From Oligoflexales bacterium (GTDB lineage: Bacteria; Bdellovibrionota_B; Oligoflexia; Oligoflexales; Bog-1112), in NCBI GenBank assembly GCA_045105515.1, contig JBGCDR010000407.1, positions 1 to 34,472 on the forward strand: a DNA stretch of 34,472 bases, given 5' to 3'. The notes beneath the pieces were generated by a model. It was given only the letters and a program-made list of their open reading frames with translations, made no database searches and was not told the origin of the DNA. The position numbers and the translations under genes are program-made. Below are positions 26,621-34,472 of this stretch, in pieces. Position 1 is the stretch's first letter. Each line of letters starts with the position of its first letter.

Positions 26621-28282
26621 ATGGCAAACTATTCAAGCCGGATTTCTTTATTAGTCGGGATTATATGCTGTTGCATTCTCTCTAAAGGAGAAGCTATTGG
26701 CCAATCTGTAAATACCGTAGATTTCATGAGAAACATAAGCTTCAGCTTTCTGCGTAACGATTTCACCCTTGAAGAAATCACACAAATAATTCTTTATCCA
26801 CCGAAAAATCTTGCAGAGGATGCACAGCGCATTAACAACCAAGAAGCCTTACTAACCAAAGAGAAAAACCTAATTAAGATATCAAACCTGGACCTCTATA
26901 AACTAAGCCAAAAAAAGTTGTTTTCCTATATAGATGATCCAGAAAAATTTCTTCGTGAACGAAATCAACCGATCACTATTGTCTTATTCCCAGGGATTTT
27001 TGGGGAATTTATTGACAATCGTCCTTTTGAAGAAGTACTAAATAACAAAAATTCAAGTTTTTATGAAGAATGGAATCGCAAGCTTAGTGCCCAAACAAAA
27101 ACCCAACAACTGGGAAAAGTATTTAATTTTAAAGAAATGCAGGTGGTCGAAAGCCCCCTAAATCAGTTAATATCTGTTGGGAGCATTGATTCTAAAAGTG
27201 GTAAAGCACTAGTTAAGCTTATATATATGAGGCCCCTATTTGGCTCTCTAGAAACATTAGGTGACATAAGTAACAAACGATCTATATACCAACGTAGGTT
27301 AAGCAAAGTATTTAGCATTCTTGGCTTACCAAAAGAAATCTATCTGATGGGCTATTCTCAAGGGGCCAATGTGGCACTTGACTTTATTTCTGACCTCGCA
27401 CACAAAAATAAGTTATATCCTTGGGCAGCAAATATTAAAGGAGTGGTCAGCCTTGGAGGAGTCCTATTTGGATCTGAACTTAGCAACATGGTCCACGACA
27501 GGCACGAACTTTCATATAAATTAATAACAAAGTTATCAAAACTTTCAGATGATCTAGAAGATAATCCCTTTAACTGGTTTAAGATTCCAGGTGTGGTATC
27601 GCGCAATTCATTAAAGTGGAAAGATATGTTGTTATTCCTGAAGGAAATTGGATCTTCCTTACCTGAGGCAGAGCCCTTTCCTAACTCACCAAATTTTGAA
27701 TTAGCAGGACTCTATCAGTTACTTATTAAGGTTATAAGCCAGAATTTTGAACTCCAATATACTGCTAGCTACTTTAAAAATATCGATCGATTTAAACTTT
27801 TTATAAAAGAGGCTAAAAATGCGATTTTTGGAATGACAACAGATAGCCGTATAGAGTGGTGGAAAAACAACACACTACCGACCTGGGTTAATTACTATGC
27901 TATATCAGGATCTATGCCTGATCCAAGCGAAGGGAATATAGACTCGCCTCTTCGGCATCATCTTAGATATGGAGTTCATACTGCGGATTTTAGAGTGCTG
28001 ATTCCGAGTTATTTAGATATATTTAGAAGGACTAAAATGAAACTAAATGACAGCCAAGTTGCGATTCATCAAACTTTATTTTATCCAAAGCTTCATCAGC
28101 ATCTAAATCCGAAGCAGCAGGAGTATCAAGCTCATTATTTAGGGGTTTTAGGCACCCATCATTGGGGCTTTGCTTTTCCGACTGCATTCGAATCAAATGA
28201 ACACAAAGACAACCCATATCCAAGGTCAACGATCTTAAAAAGTATAGCCTCAAGTTTAGCATATACAGAAAAGCACCAATAA
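26621..28282 (+). CDS. Secreted alpha/beta-hydrolase (lipase/esterase-like)
   Basis: Signal peptide; oxyanion strand IVLFPGIFG; nucleophile elbow GYSQG; SLGG..FGSELS; NDSQV (Asp); THHWG (His). Start may be ATG 26621 or GTG 26606. Confidence 0.8.
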   Translation: MANYSSRISLLVGIICCCILSKGEAIGQSVNTVDFMRNISFSFLRNDFTLEEITQIILYPPKNLAEDAQRINNQEALLTKEKNLIKISNLDLYKLSQKKLFSYIDDPEKFLRERNQPITIVLFPGIFGEFIDNRPFEEVLNNKNSSFYEEWNRKLSAQTKTQQLGKVFNFKEMQVVESPLNQLISVGSIDSKSGKALVKLIYMRPLFGSLETLGDISNKRSIYQRRLSKVFSILGLPKEIYLMGYSQGANVALDFISDLAHKNKLYPWAANIKGVVSLGGVLFGSELSNMVHDRHELSYKLITKLSKLSDDLEDNPFNWFKIPGVVSRNSLKWKDMLLFLKEIGSSLPEAEPFPNSPNFELAGLYQLLIKVISQNFELQYTASYFKNIDRFKLFIKEAKNAIFGMTTDSRIEWWKNNTLPTWVNYYAISGSMPDPSEGNIDSPLRHHLRYGVHTADFRVLIPSYLDIFRRTKMKLNDSQVAIHQTLFYPKLHQHLNPKQQEYQAHYLGVLGTHHWGFAFPTAFESNEHKDNPYPRSTILKSIASSLAYTEKHQ

Positions 28283-28310
28283 TCGGATACCAGGAAAGGA
28301 CTTTTCGCCC

Positions 28311-31300
28311 ATGTTATCCCGCATTATTTCACTGGTTTTTTTTATCACATTATTATCATTTTCTCGACAAACCCTTGGTAATCGTGAAATTTCTTATACT
28401 CCCAATGGTTTCATGATTGATGGGTCATACAGACTCCTAAGAGGAGGTAGCCTCCAATGGTTTCGAATTCCAGAGATTGAGTGGGAAGATAGAATTGAAA
28501 AGTTTAAGGCAGCTGGTTTTAACACCATCGACATGTACATACCATGGAATCTAATCGAACCCGAAGAAGGTCATTTCAATTTTAATAAACCACCAATCAG
28601 AAGATTTCTCGAGCTTGCTCACTCATATAATCTTTATGTCTACTTTCGCCCAGGACCATACATTACCAACGAAATGGATGGAGGTGGTTTTCCTGCATGG
28701 TTATTCGCTAAAACCACCAAAAAAAGTGTTGAGAGAGATGGCAAGATTAACTTAAGAACCTCGGACCCCGACTACCTGGACTACGTGAGAAAATACTTTG
28801 AAAAATTAAATGAAGTGATTAAACCCTATTTAATAACTAATGGGGGTCCTATCATCTTATATGCAGTTGAGAATGAATTCGATTGGTTTGAAAACTTTTT
28901 CCAAGGATCAAAGTTATTTCGGCATAAAGGTGGGTGGGAAAGGCCTTTTAACCAAGAAACTGGTGTCACCGGATATTTTACAGCTCTAAGAAACATTGTA
29001 ATTGAACAGGGTATAGATATTCCCATTACCAGCTGCCCAGGAAACGCCAAAGTAGCCGGTATGGGTCAGGTCGAAGGGATCATCCCAATGCCAAACATTT
29101 ACAATCCACCTGATGCAATGCTCAACTCTATAGGAGATTATAAAGGGCCATTGATGCCTGAAAAAGTCGCTTATGATATCGTTAGCAGTATGCATGATCC
29201 CATGCAATTTGATGGTATCTATACTCAAATGCCAAGTGCAAGCACTGAGACTTTCCGTAATGCTAGTATCATGAAGCGGATGCTAATGGGAGGTCTAAAG
29301 GGATTTTTTGCCTTTAATATTGTTGGTTTTTCTACACCAGGTTATTTCAATTCAATAACTCTAAGCAATCGAAAAGGGGATCACATTGAGTTTGATCGTG
29401 AACATCTTCGCAGTTTCTTTCTTAAGCCAAGTATAGGATATTTCCATAACGTGATCGACTTTTATGGGGCGATTGGCCCATCAGGGATGCTCCGAGATAA
29501 ATTTTTTGAATTTCGCAAGGCAAATCTATTTTTTGATAGTTACGAGGCTACCATAGGAGGCCTTTCTTTGCCATCAAAGGTCAAGAGCTTTGAAAACTCA
29601 GCAGTAGTAATAGCCAACAGTGAACTCGGAGCCGAAGAACTTGAAAGTGAGCAGAGGTATACCTATTGGAACCAAATAGGTGAAGACCAATTTTTAGTAG
29701 CACTGGTCAATGAATTAGATAAAGATATAGTTTTGCCTCCTCAAAGCCTACAAATTGGTAGTTTAAGCTTTCCACGATACTCACACATGACCTTACCTCT
29801 CGCTAAATACCCTGGTGCTGAGAGCGAAGCAGGTTCTGAAAAAGAAAGCACCCAGCTTTTACTAACTCATACCAAATTGGCCGATGACTTAACCTTAGCT
29901 TATACAACCAGCGAAATTCTATCCCAATGCTTAGTACCCTCTGAAAAGCTTTTAATCGTCTTTGGACGAAAGGGAACCACAGGTGAAATTTCTCTAAAGA
30001 AATCAAATCTTTGGAGCATTGACTACAAAGAGCCAAGCATCAAAGTAGAGCAAAATTCGGGAGATGAGATAGTTATTACTTACCCTCATTCTGCAGGACA
30101 ATTCCTTAGCCTTAAGCACCAAGATGGCAGCCTTGTTTATATTATGATAAGTGATGAGCATGATGGTCCACGTACTTGGCCTCTCACTGAGATTAATCAG
30201 AACACATTGTTAATATCGGGGCCTGACCTTATTCAAATTGATAAATTGAACAGGCAAAAATGGTTTCTTAAGATCTCTCCTCAGCATGCTGAACAAAAAT
30301 ACTTAACACTTTTGACAAGGGAGCGATTTGAGCTAGAAGGCTTTAAGCAGATTTCAGAAACAAAAGTATCGAATCTTATTAAAACCGTATTAAAGCCAAC
30401 TTATACAAGAGCTCAGACACAAGTTCCTGCTACCATCCAGCTCTCTCAAACCAAAGCTTGGTCACCTTCTTTGCTCCCTAATGCAGATCCTCTTCAGGAA
30501 TGGCAAGGTAAACCTCTTCCCTTCGAAAAGCTTGGTATCTACCAAGGAAGTGGTTGGTATATAACAGAGTTCTTTATCGAGGATTTAAACACCTTCAACC
30601 AAGAGCTCCAACCTCTATACTTGCAGCATGCATCCGATATTGTCGGGGTATACTTAAATGATCAATATCTTGGAACTTTATCCCCACTTGGAAGTGCTAT
30701 CAAGACCAATTCAGCTGAATCTAAGGATATTCCTAATTTCAATCAATATTTAAGACAAGGACATAACCAGTTCCTATTTAGAGTGGAAATATGGGGGCAC
30801 GGTAGCTTCATGTGGCCCAGAGGGCGACTATCATTAACAAAACTGTCTATACCTTCTTTAGGGTTTGATGCATTCAAGGGAATATGGGGACATGCTAGGA
30901 TCGGAAATATTCCTCTAACTAACTGGAAAGTATTCCGTGGGTCTCATCCTATCGGACCTATTCAATCTTTCCAGGCTCATAAATCTGAGAAAAAAGATGC
31001 TAGTCTTCCCATAAAATTGCGTCGAGGAGGATCTATTTGGTGGGAAGCAAAAATCACTAAGGAAATGCTACCAGACTTTTCTTCACTCGACACCCCCTTT
31101 TCCCTAGAAATAAATGGTGAAAATTGTAAAGGCACTGTGTACTTGGAAGGTCAAGTTTTAGGGCGATGGATCTCAGATGAAAATTGGCTACAGAAAGGAA
31201 CCTGGGTCAAACCTGTAAGAAACCCCTGGGTGGACCTATCACCTGATCACTTTCCTTTGCCCCTGGCAATGGTACTGTCTAAAAAAGATTCTATCAAGCT

Positions 31301-31505
31301 TGCTATCTTTATTGAAGACACCTCCAGTCTAGGCTCTTCACCAGGTCAAATAAAGAACATACAGCTGGTTTTGAGCCAAGAAGAAAAAGGAACAGACCAT
31401 GAAGGAAAGGAGATCTTAATTAGTTCATATTTTATCAAAAAAGAATTAGATTTTAGAAAAAATATAGATAAATTTTTTGATTTTTTAGGAACTATTTTTC
31501 CTTAA
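28311..31505 (+). CDS. Secreted glycoside hydrolase family 35 (beta-galactosidase-like)
   Basis: Signal peptide; GGSLQWFRIP..WEDRI.K.KAAGFNTIDMYIPWN..EP; RPGPYITNE.DGGGFPAWL; GGPIILYAVENE (acid/base Glu); C-terminal beta-sandwich domains (GWY, VYLNDQYLG). Confidence 0.9.
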   Translation: MLSRIISLVFFITLLSFSRQTLGNREISYTPNGFMIDGSYRLLRGGSLQWFRIPEIEWEDRIEKFKAAGFNTIDMYIPWNLIEPEEGHFNFNKPPIRRFLELAHSYNLYVYFRPGPYITNEMDGGGFPAWLFAKTTKKSVERDGKINLRTSDPDYLDYVRKYFEKLNEVIKPYLITNGGPIILYAVENEFDWFENFFQGSKLFRHKGGWERPFNQETGVTGYFTALRNIVIEQGIDIPITSCPGNAKVAGMGQVEGIIPMPNIYNPPDAMLNSIGDYKGPLMPEKVAYDIVSSMHDPMQFDGIYTQMPSASTETFRNASIMKRMLMGGLKGFFAFNIVGFSTPGYFNSITLSNRKGDHIEFDREHLRSFFLKPSIGYFHNVIDFYGAIGPSGMLRDKFFEFRKANLFFDSYEATIGGLSLPSKVKSFENSAVVIANSELGAEELESEQRYTYWNQIGEDQFLVALVNELDKDIVLPPQSLQIGSLSFPRYSHMTLPLAKYPGAESEAGSEKESTQLLLTHTKLADDLTLAYTTSEILSQCLVPSEKLLIVFGRKGTTGEISLKKSNLWSIDYKEPSIKVEQNSGDEIVITYPHSAGQFLSLKHQDGSLVYIMISDEHDGPRTWPLTEINQNTLLISGPDLIQIDKLNRQKWFLKISPQHAEQKYLTLLTRERFELEGFKQISETKVSNLIKTVLKPTYTRAQTQVPATIQLSQTKAWSPSLLPNADPLQEWQGKPLPFEKLGIYQGSGWYITEFFIEDLNTFNQELQPLYLQHASDIVGVYLNDQYLGTLSPLGSAIKTNSAESKDIPNFNQYLRQGHNQFLFRVEIWGHGSFMWPRGRLSLTKLSIPSLGFDAFKGIWGHARIGNIPLTNWKVFRGSHPIGPIQSFQAHKSEKKDASLPIKLRRGGSIWWEAKITKEMLPDFSSLDTPFSLEINGENCKGTVYLEGQVLGRWISDENWLQKGTWVKPVRNPWVDLSPDHFPLPLAMVLSKKDSIKLAIFIEDTSSLGSSPGQIKNIQLVLSQEEKGTDHEGKEILISSYFIKKELDFRKNIDKFFDFLGTIFP

Positions 31506-32110
31506 AATAGTTCAATATCATCAGCGTCAGAATCTTCCTCAGGACTATCCTCCTTTGCGAGGATAAAATCATAAAATGCATTTGTTGTCGGTAAATCGAG
31601 AATCTCTAATTCATGCTTAATATATAGTTTATAGTTTTTTGATGCTAATGAGAAAGATTGTGAGTGATGAAAGACGTATGTTTGTGCAAACTTAAACTCC
31701 ATATTTTTATTGAATGCAAGTGGAATTGACATCTGTGAAAGTAAGTTACTTTCTGACTCAAGCACCTTTTTTATAGTTCCGGCTCCTACATTTCCCATCT
31801 CTTTCAAATAGCTAATTGCGAGAGAGGGTTTAGGAGAAGACACATTTCTAGCATTTTCATAAAGGCTTACAGCTACTTCTGGGTTGTAATATATCTTGCA
31901 ACGATAAAATAGTTTTTCTCCTGTAGTCTGAATCCAAACCAAAGATTCAAACTCATTTGGCATGGGCTCTTCAATAATGTCAAATTCCAAATTTGCTACT
32001 GCAGCTAGGGAATCGACTAATTTAGCTTGGAGGTTTACGTCCATGTAAGTTATCATTTTTTCAACTCGTTCTTCACTAATGGACTCTAATATCACTGTCT
32101 TATGGACCAT
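31502..32110 (-). CDS. CheX-like protein
   Basis: LKEMGNVGAGTIKKVL...MSIP matches the CheC/CheX ExxN..G...S.P motif; acidic C-terminal tail; AGGAGG RBS. Confidence 0.65.
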   Translation of the reverse strand: MVHKTVILESISEERVEKMITYMDVNLQAKLVDSLAAVANLEFDIIEEPMPNEFESLVWIQTTGEKLFYRCKIYYNPEVAVSLYENARNVSSPKPSLAISYLKEMGNVGAGTIKKVLESESNLLSQMSIPLAFNKNMEFKFAQTYVFHHSQSFSLASKNYKLYIKHELEILDLPTTNAFYDFILAKEDSPEEDSDADDIELF

Positions 32111-32211
32111 TTACTGGAACCTCCTATTGGCCAGGTCTAAGCTTTCCATAAATATATAAGTATGATACCATTTAAAAAACTCTAAGAGTAATACTTCAGA
32201 AAAGTACTGGT

Positions 32212-32748
32212 ATGCAGCCGAAAAAATACCCGACAGTTCTTGTCAATGAGTTTAGAGACTCGGCCATTGAGCTGGGATCTTTGTATGGTTTTAATTTATC
32301 CCTAGAAAATGAATCTCATGATCCAGGTCAATATGAGCAAGCAGAACAGTCAGCCTTTTCCGCACTGATTAGTAACAAGTTGAGTGGATTTGTAGGCTTA
32401 GTCATGTCTAAACAATCACTAAGCGCTTCATCTCCAGTATCCTTAAATTCCGAGAATGACTTCCTTGAGTGGAACAAGGAATTACTAAATATATATGCAG
32501 GCCTTTTGAAAATGAGGCTATATAAATTTTCGATCGAAATGGTTATAAGCTTGCCAAACGAATGTAAAACCGAAGATTTCAAGACCTTTGAAGAAGGCGT
32601 CGGCCCTATCCTAAGTATGAAGTTAAAGGCAAACGATGAACTCCTTACTACCTTCCTATTTTCCTTCAGTATTGGTAGAAACGTAAGTTTTGAGGCCGAA
32701 AAGGAAGCAAGTAAGACTCACACACCAGGATCCGGCATCGTTTTCTAG
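32212..32748 (+). CDS. CheX-like phosphatase
   Basis: LSGFVGLVMS, EWNKELLNIYAGLLK...ISLP (ExxN motif); directly upstream of a CheY-like gene. Confidence 0.72.
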   Translation: MQPKKYPTVLVNEFRDSAIELGSLYGFNLSLENESHDPGQYEQAEQSAFSALISNKLSGFVGLVMSKQSLSASSPVSLNSENDFLEWNKELLNIYAGLLKMRLYKFSIEMVISLPNECKTEDFKTFEEGVGPILSMKLKANDELLTTFLFSFSIGRNVSFEAEKEASKTHTPGSGIVF

Positions 32749-32756
32749 GAGTAAGC

Positions 32757-33128
32757 ATGGAGACCATCCTAATTGTTGATGACTCAAGAACCGTTAGAAA
32801 GCAATTGGAATCGATGCTTAGCGCAGCAAATTTCCAGGTGCTCCAAGCTGAAAATGGAAAAATTGCACTTGAAACTCTAAATAAATATAAAGATATAAAG
32901 ATCGTATTTTGCGACGTTAACATGCCTGAAATGAGTGGATTTGAGCTACTCAAAGCTCTACGGGACTTAGGAAATAAAATTCCTTTCATCCTCCTCAGCA
33001 CCGAGTCGAGCCATGAATTCATTCTCAGAGCAAAGGGTCTTGGTGCAAATGGCTACCTTGTTAAACCTGCTCATGAAGAAAATATCATGATGATGATTAA
33101 ACGCTTCGCCACAGATCAGAAAAATTAA
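32757..33128 (+). CDS. CheY-like single-domain response regulator
   Basis: ILIVDDS, FCDVNMPEMSG, LLSTE and GYLVKP: all catalytic residues intact. AGGAG RBS overlaps the upstream stop. Confidence 0.93.
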   Translation: METILIVDDSRTVRKQLESMLSAANFQVLQAENGKIALETLNKYKDIKIVFCDVNMPEMSGFELLKALRDLGNKIPFILLSTESSHEFILRAKGLGANGYLVKPAHEENIMMMIKRFATDQKN

Positions 33129-33217
33129 AGCCACAAAATAAAGCTTTCACGTTAGCTTAGCAAACCAACATGTTTTTGTTACAGCAGAAGATTTAAAGAG
33201 ATTCTAAATTGCTATTA

Positions 33218-34141
33218 CTAATTTTTACGGGTATTAAGTAGCTCTTGAGTTTTACGAATATGTGCATAGTTAAGAATTCCTACAAAGAAGCTTCCTCCGA
33301 CAGAATTGCCAACCACTGCAATTGCTATAACTTTCAGTATGTTTACAAGTAGGATATTATCAGCCATTAGATATGCGAGAAACAACTCAGCAGAACCTGC
33401 AATTGAGTGAGTTAAGCCTCCCACTCCGATGATAAAAGTAACGATGTAGATGCAAGCTATCTGGGCAGTTGAGGTAGAAGTAGACAAGACCAACCACGAC
33501 CCCTGAGCCATAAGCCATCCAGCCAAGATGGAACTCAAAAACATTGGAACCGTACCCATATTTAGCATATGCTCAGCAACAAGCTCATATCCTGTACCTA
33601 TATGAACAGCCTCTTCTGCCGATAAGATTAAAAAGCTGCTTAATAGAGTTCCCGCTAAATTACCCAGCAGCACCACTCCCCAAAGTTGAAAAAGCTTTAA
33701 AAGACTAACCTTTCCCTCTAATACAGGATAGATTGCTGTTGCGGTCTGCTCAGTATATAATTTTGCGCCGGAAATAATACAAACAATAAAACCGAATGGA
33801 TAAAATGCAGCACTAATTAACCTTTTAACTGCCCAATTAGCATCTGCTGGATAAAGATGGGTGGAAAAAGCAACTAACAAAGCGACAAAACCCAAGATCA
33901 GACCTGCTGCTATCGATGATAACAATAGTGACTGTGATCGACGCTGAAATTGCTCGAAACCCTCCTTGATTGCCCGATACAAAGTGTCATCAGGATGTTT
34001 CAAAACTTCGTCGGTACGCTTTATAATTACGGGGATATACTCTTGATTCTCTTTTTCACGTTCTATGCTTCGTCCAGTTTCTCCCAAAGGAGCTTCCGCT
34101 TCTGAACCAGGGGGTAGGATGATGGTTCGCTTTGAAGTCAC
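33218..34141 (-). CDS. Formate/nitrite transporter family channel, YfdC-like
   Basis: About six TM segments; SSIAAGL, YPFGF, LYTEQT, GNLAG, ILAGWLMA, HSIAGS and GNSVGG; GTG start with GAGG RBS. Confidence 0.9.
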   Translation of the reverse strand: MTSKRTIILPPGSEAEAPLGETGRSIEREKENQEYIPVIIKRTDEVLKHPDDTLYRAIKEGFEQFQRRSQSLLLSSIAAGLILGFVALLVAFSTHLYPADANWAVKRLISAAFYPFGFIVCIISGAKLYTEQTATAIYPVLEGKVSLLKLFQLWGVVLLGNLAGTLLSSFLILSAEEAVHIGTGYELVAEHMLNMGTVPMFLSSILAGWLMAQGSWLVLSTSTSTAQIACIYIVTFIIGVGGLTHSIAGSAELFLAYLMADNILLVNILKVIAIAVVGNSVGGSFFVGILNYAHIRKTQELLNTRKN

Positions 34142-34298
34142 CAGTTAATCCTCACTTAGAAGTCTATTCAAATACATAGTAAGTTTAGCATATATTAAAA
34201 GTTAAAGATGTATCCTGCAGGCTAAGTAAATTTTATGAAAATTAGTTAATTGCTATCCACGATCGCTATCTTCGAGAATATTCTATGACTTTTATGAA

Positions 34299-34472
34299 TT
34301 AAAATAAAGAGTGATGGGGCAATTCTAGTAGATAGTGCCTGATTGGAAACACACCGCCGCCTTTGTATGTAAGGCTTAGAGCACTATAATCTTTAGCGAA
34401 TTTCCCCAGTTTCTCTAAAAAGGCTATAATTGTCGGAAAATCAAAAGATCTTGGGGGTGCCCATGCGCGCAA
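34299..34472 (-). CDS. Possible C-terminal fragment of a gene entering from the right edge
   Basis: 57 open codons from the window end to TAA at 34299-34301: LRAWAPPRSFDFPTIIAFLEKLGKFAKDYSALSLTYKGGGVFPIRHYLLELPHHSLF. No family recognised. Confidence 0.45.
   Translation of the reverse strand: MRAWAPPRSFDFPTIIAFLEKLGKFAKDYSALSLTYKGGGVFPIRHYLLELPHHSLF

Noticed and set aside
32127..32143. Third sigma54-like site TTGGCCAGGTCTAAGCT
   Set aside because: GG-N10-GC spacing fits, but the conserved AC and TT positions mismatch; too weak to call.
74..33022. Numerous 60-150 aa antisense or alternate-frame ORFs in the track (e.g. 74-400, 3103-3516, 10013-10426, 13361-13810, 22983-23294, 32666-33022)
   Set aside because: They are shadows of well-supported genes, with no recognisable motifs.
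1..34472. CRISPR arrays, tRNA/rRNA genes, prophage, retron or other defence systems
   Set aside because: By eye I saw no regularly spaced repeats, cloverleaf or rRNA-like segments, and no phage, reverse-transcriptase or defence-nuclease motifs.

Overview
AT-rich bacterial chromosomal segment. Its gene content (DUF1592/DUF1552 pair, CheX-like proteins, sigma54 system, alternative complex III) suggests Bdellovibrionota/Oligoflexia, which is an inference. From left to right it holds: (1) the probable left end of an IS30-family element at the window edge, cutting into a DUF1592/DUF1588 gene whose DUF1552 partner carries an in-frame TGA, so the operon appears to be decaying; (2) uvrB-uvrC; (3) a complete actABCDEF alternative complex III operon with no adjacent oxidase genes; (4) a beta-hydroxyacid dehydrogenase and an orphan CheW plus pseudo-receiver pair; (5) miaE, hflX and pgi; (6) an accessory block with a lipoprotein bearing beta-hairpin-like segments, a small basic secreted protein, two near-consensus sigma54 promoters, a sensor-less histidine kinase lacking its phospho-His, a sigma54 activator, and a secreted lipase plus GH35 galactosidase pair; (7) two divergent CheX-like genes with a CheY, a YfdC-type FNT channel and a possible partial ORF at the right edge. 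The best candidate for an undescribed system is the sigma54 / His-less kinase module with its flanking secreted proteins (about 21.7-31.5 kb). All calls come from reading motifs by eye; no database searches were run.
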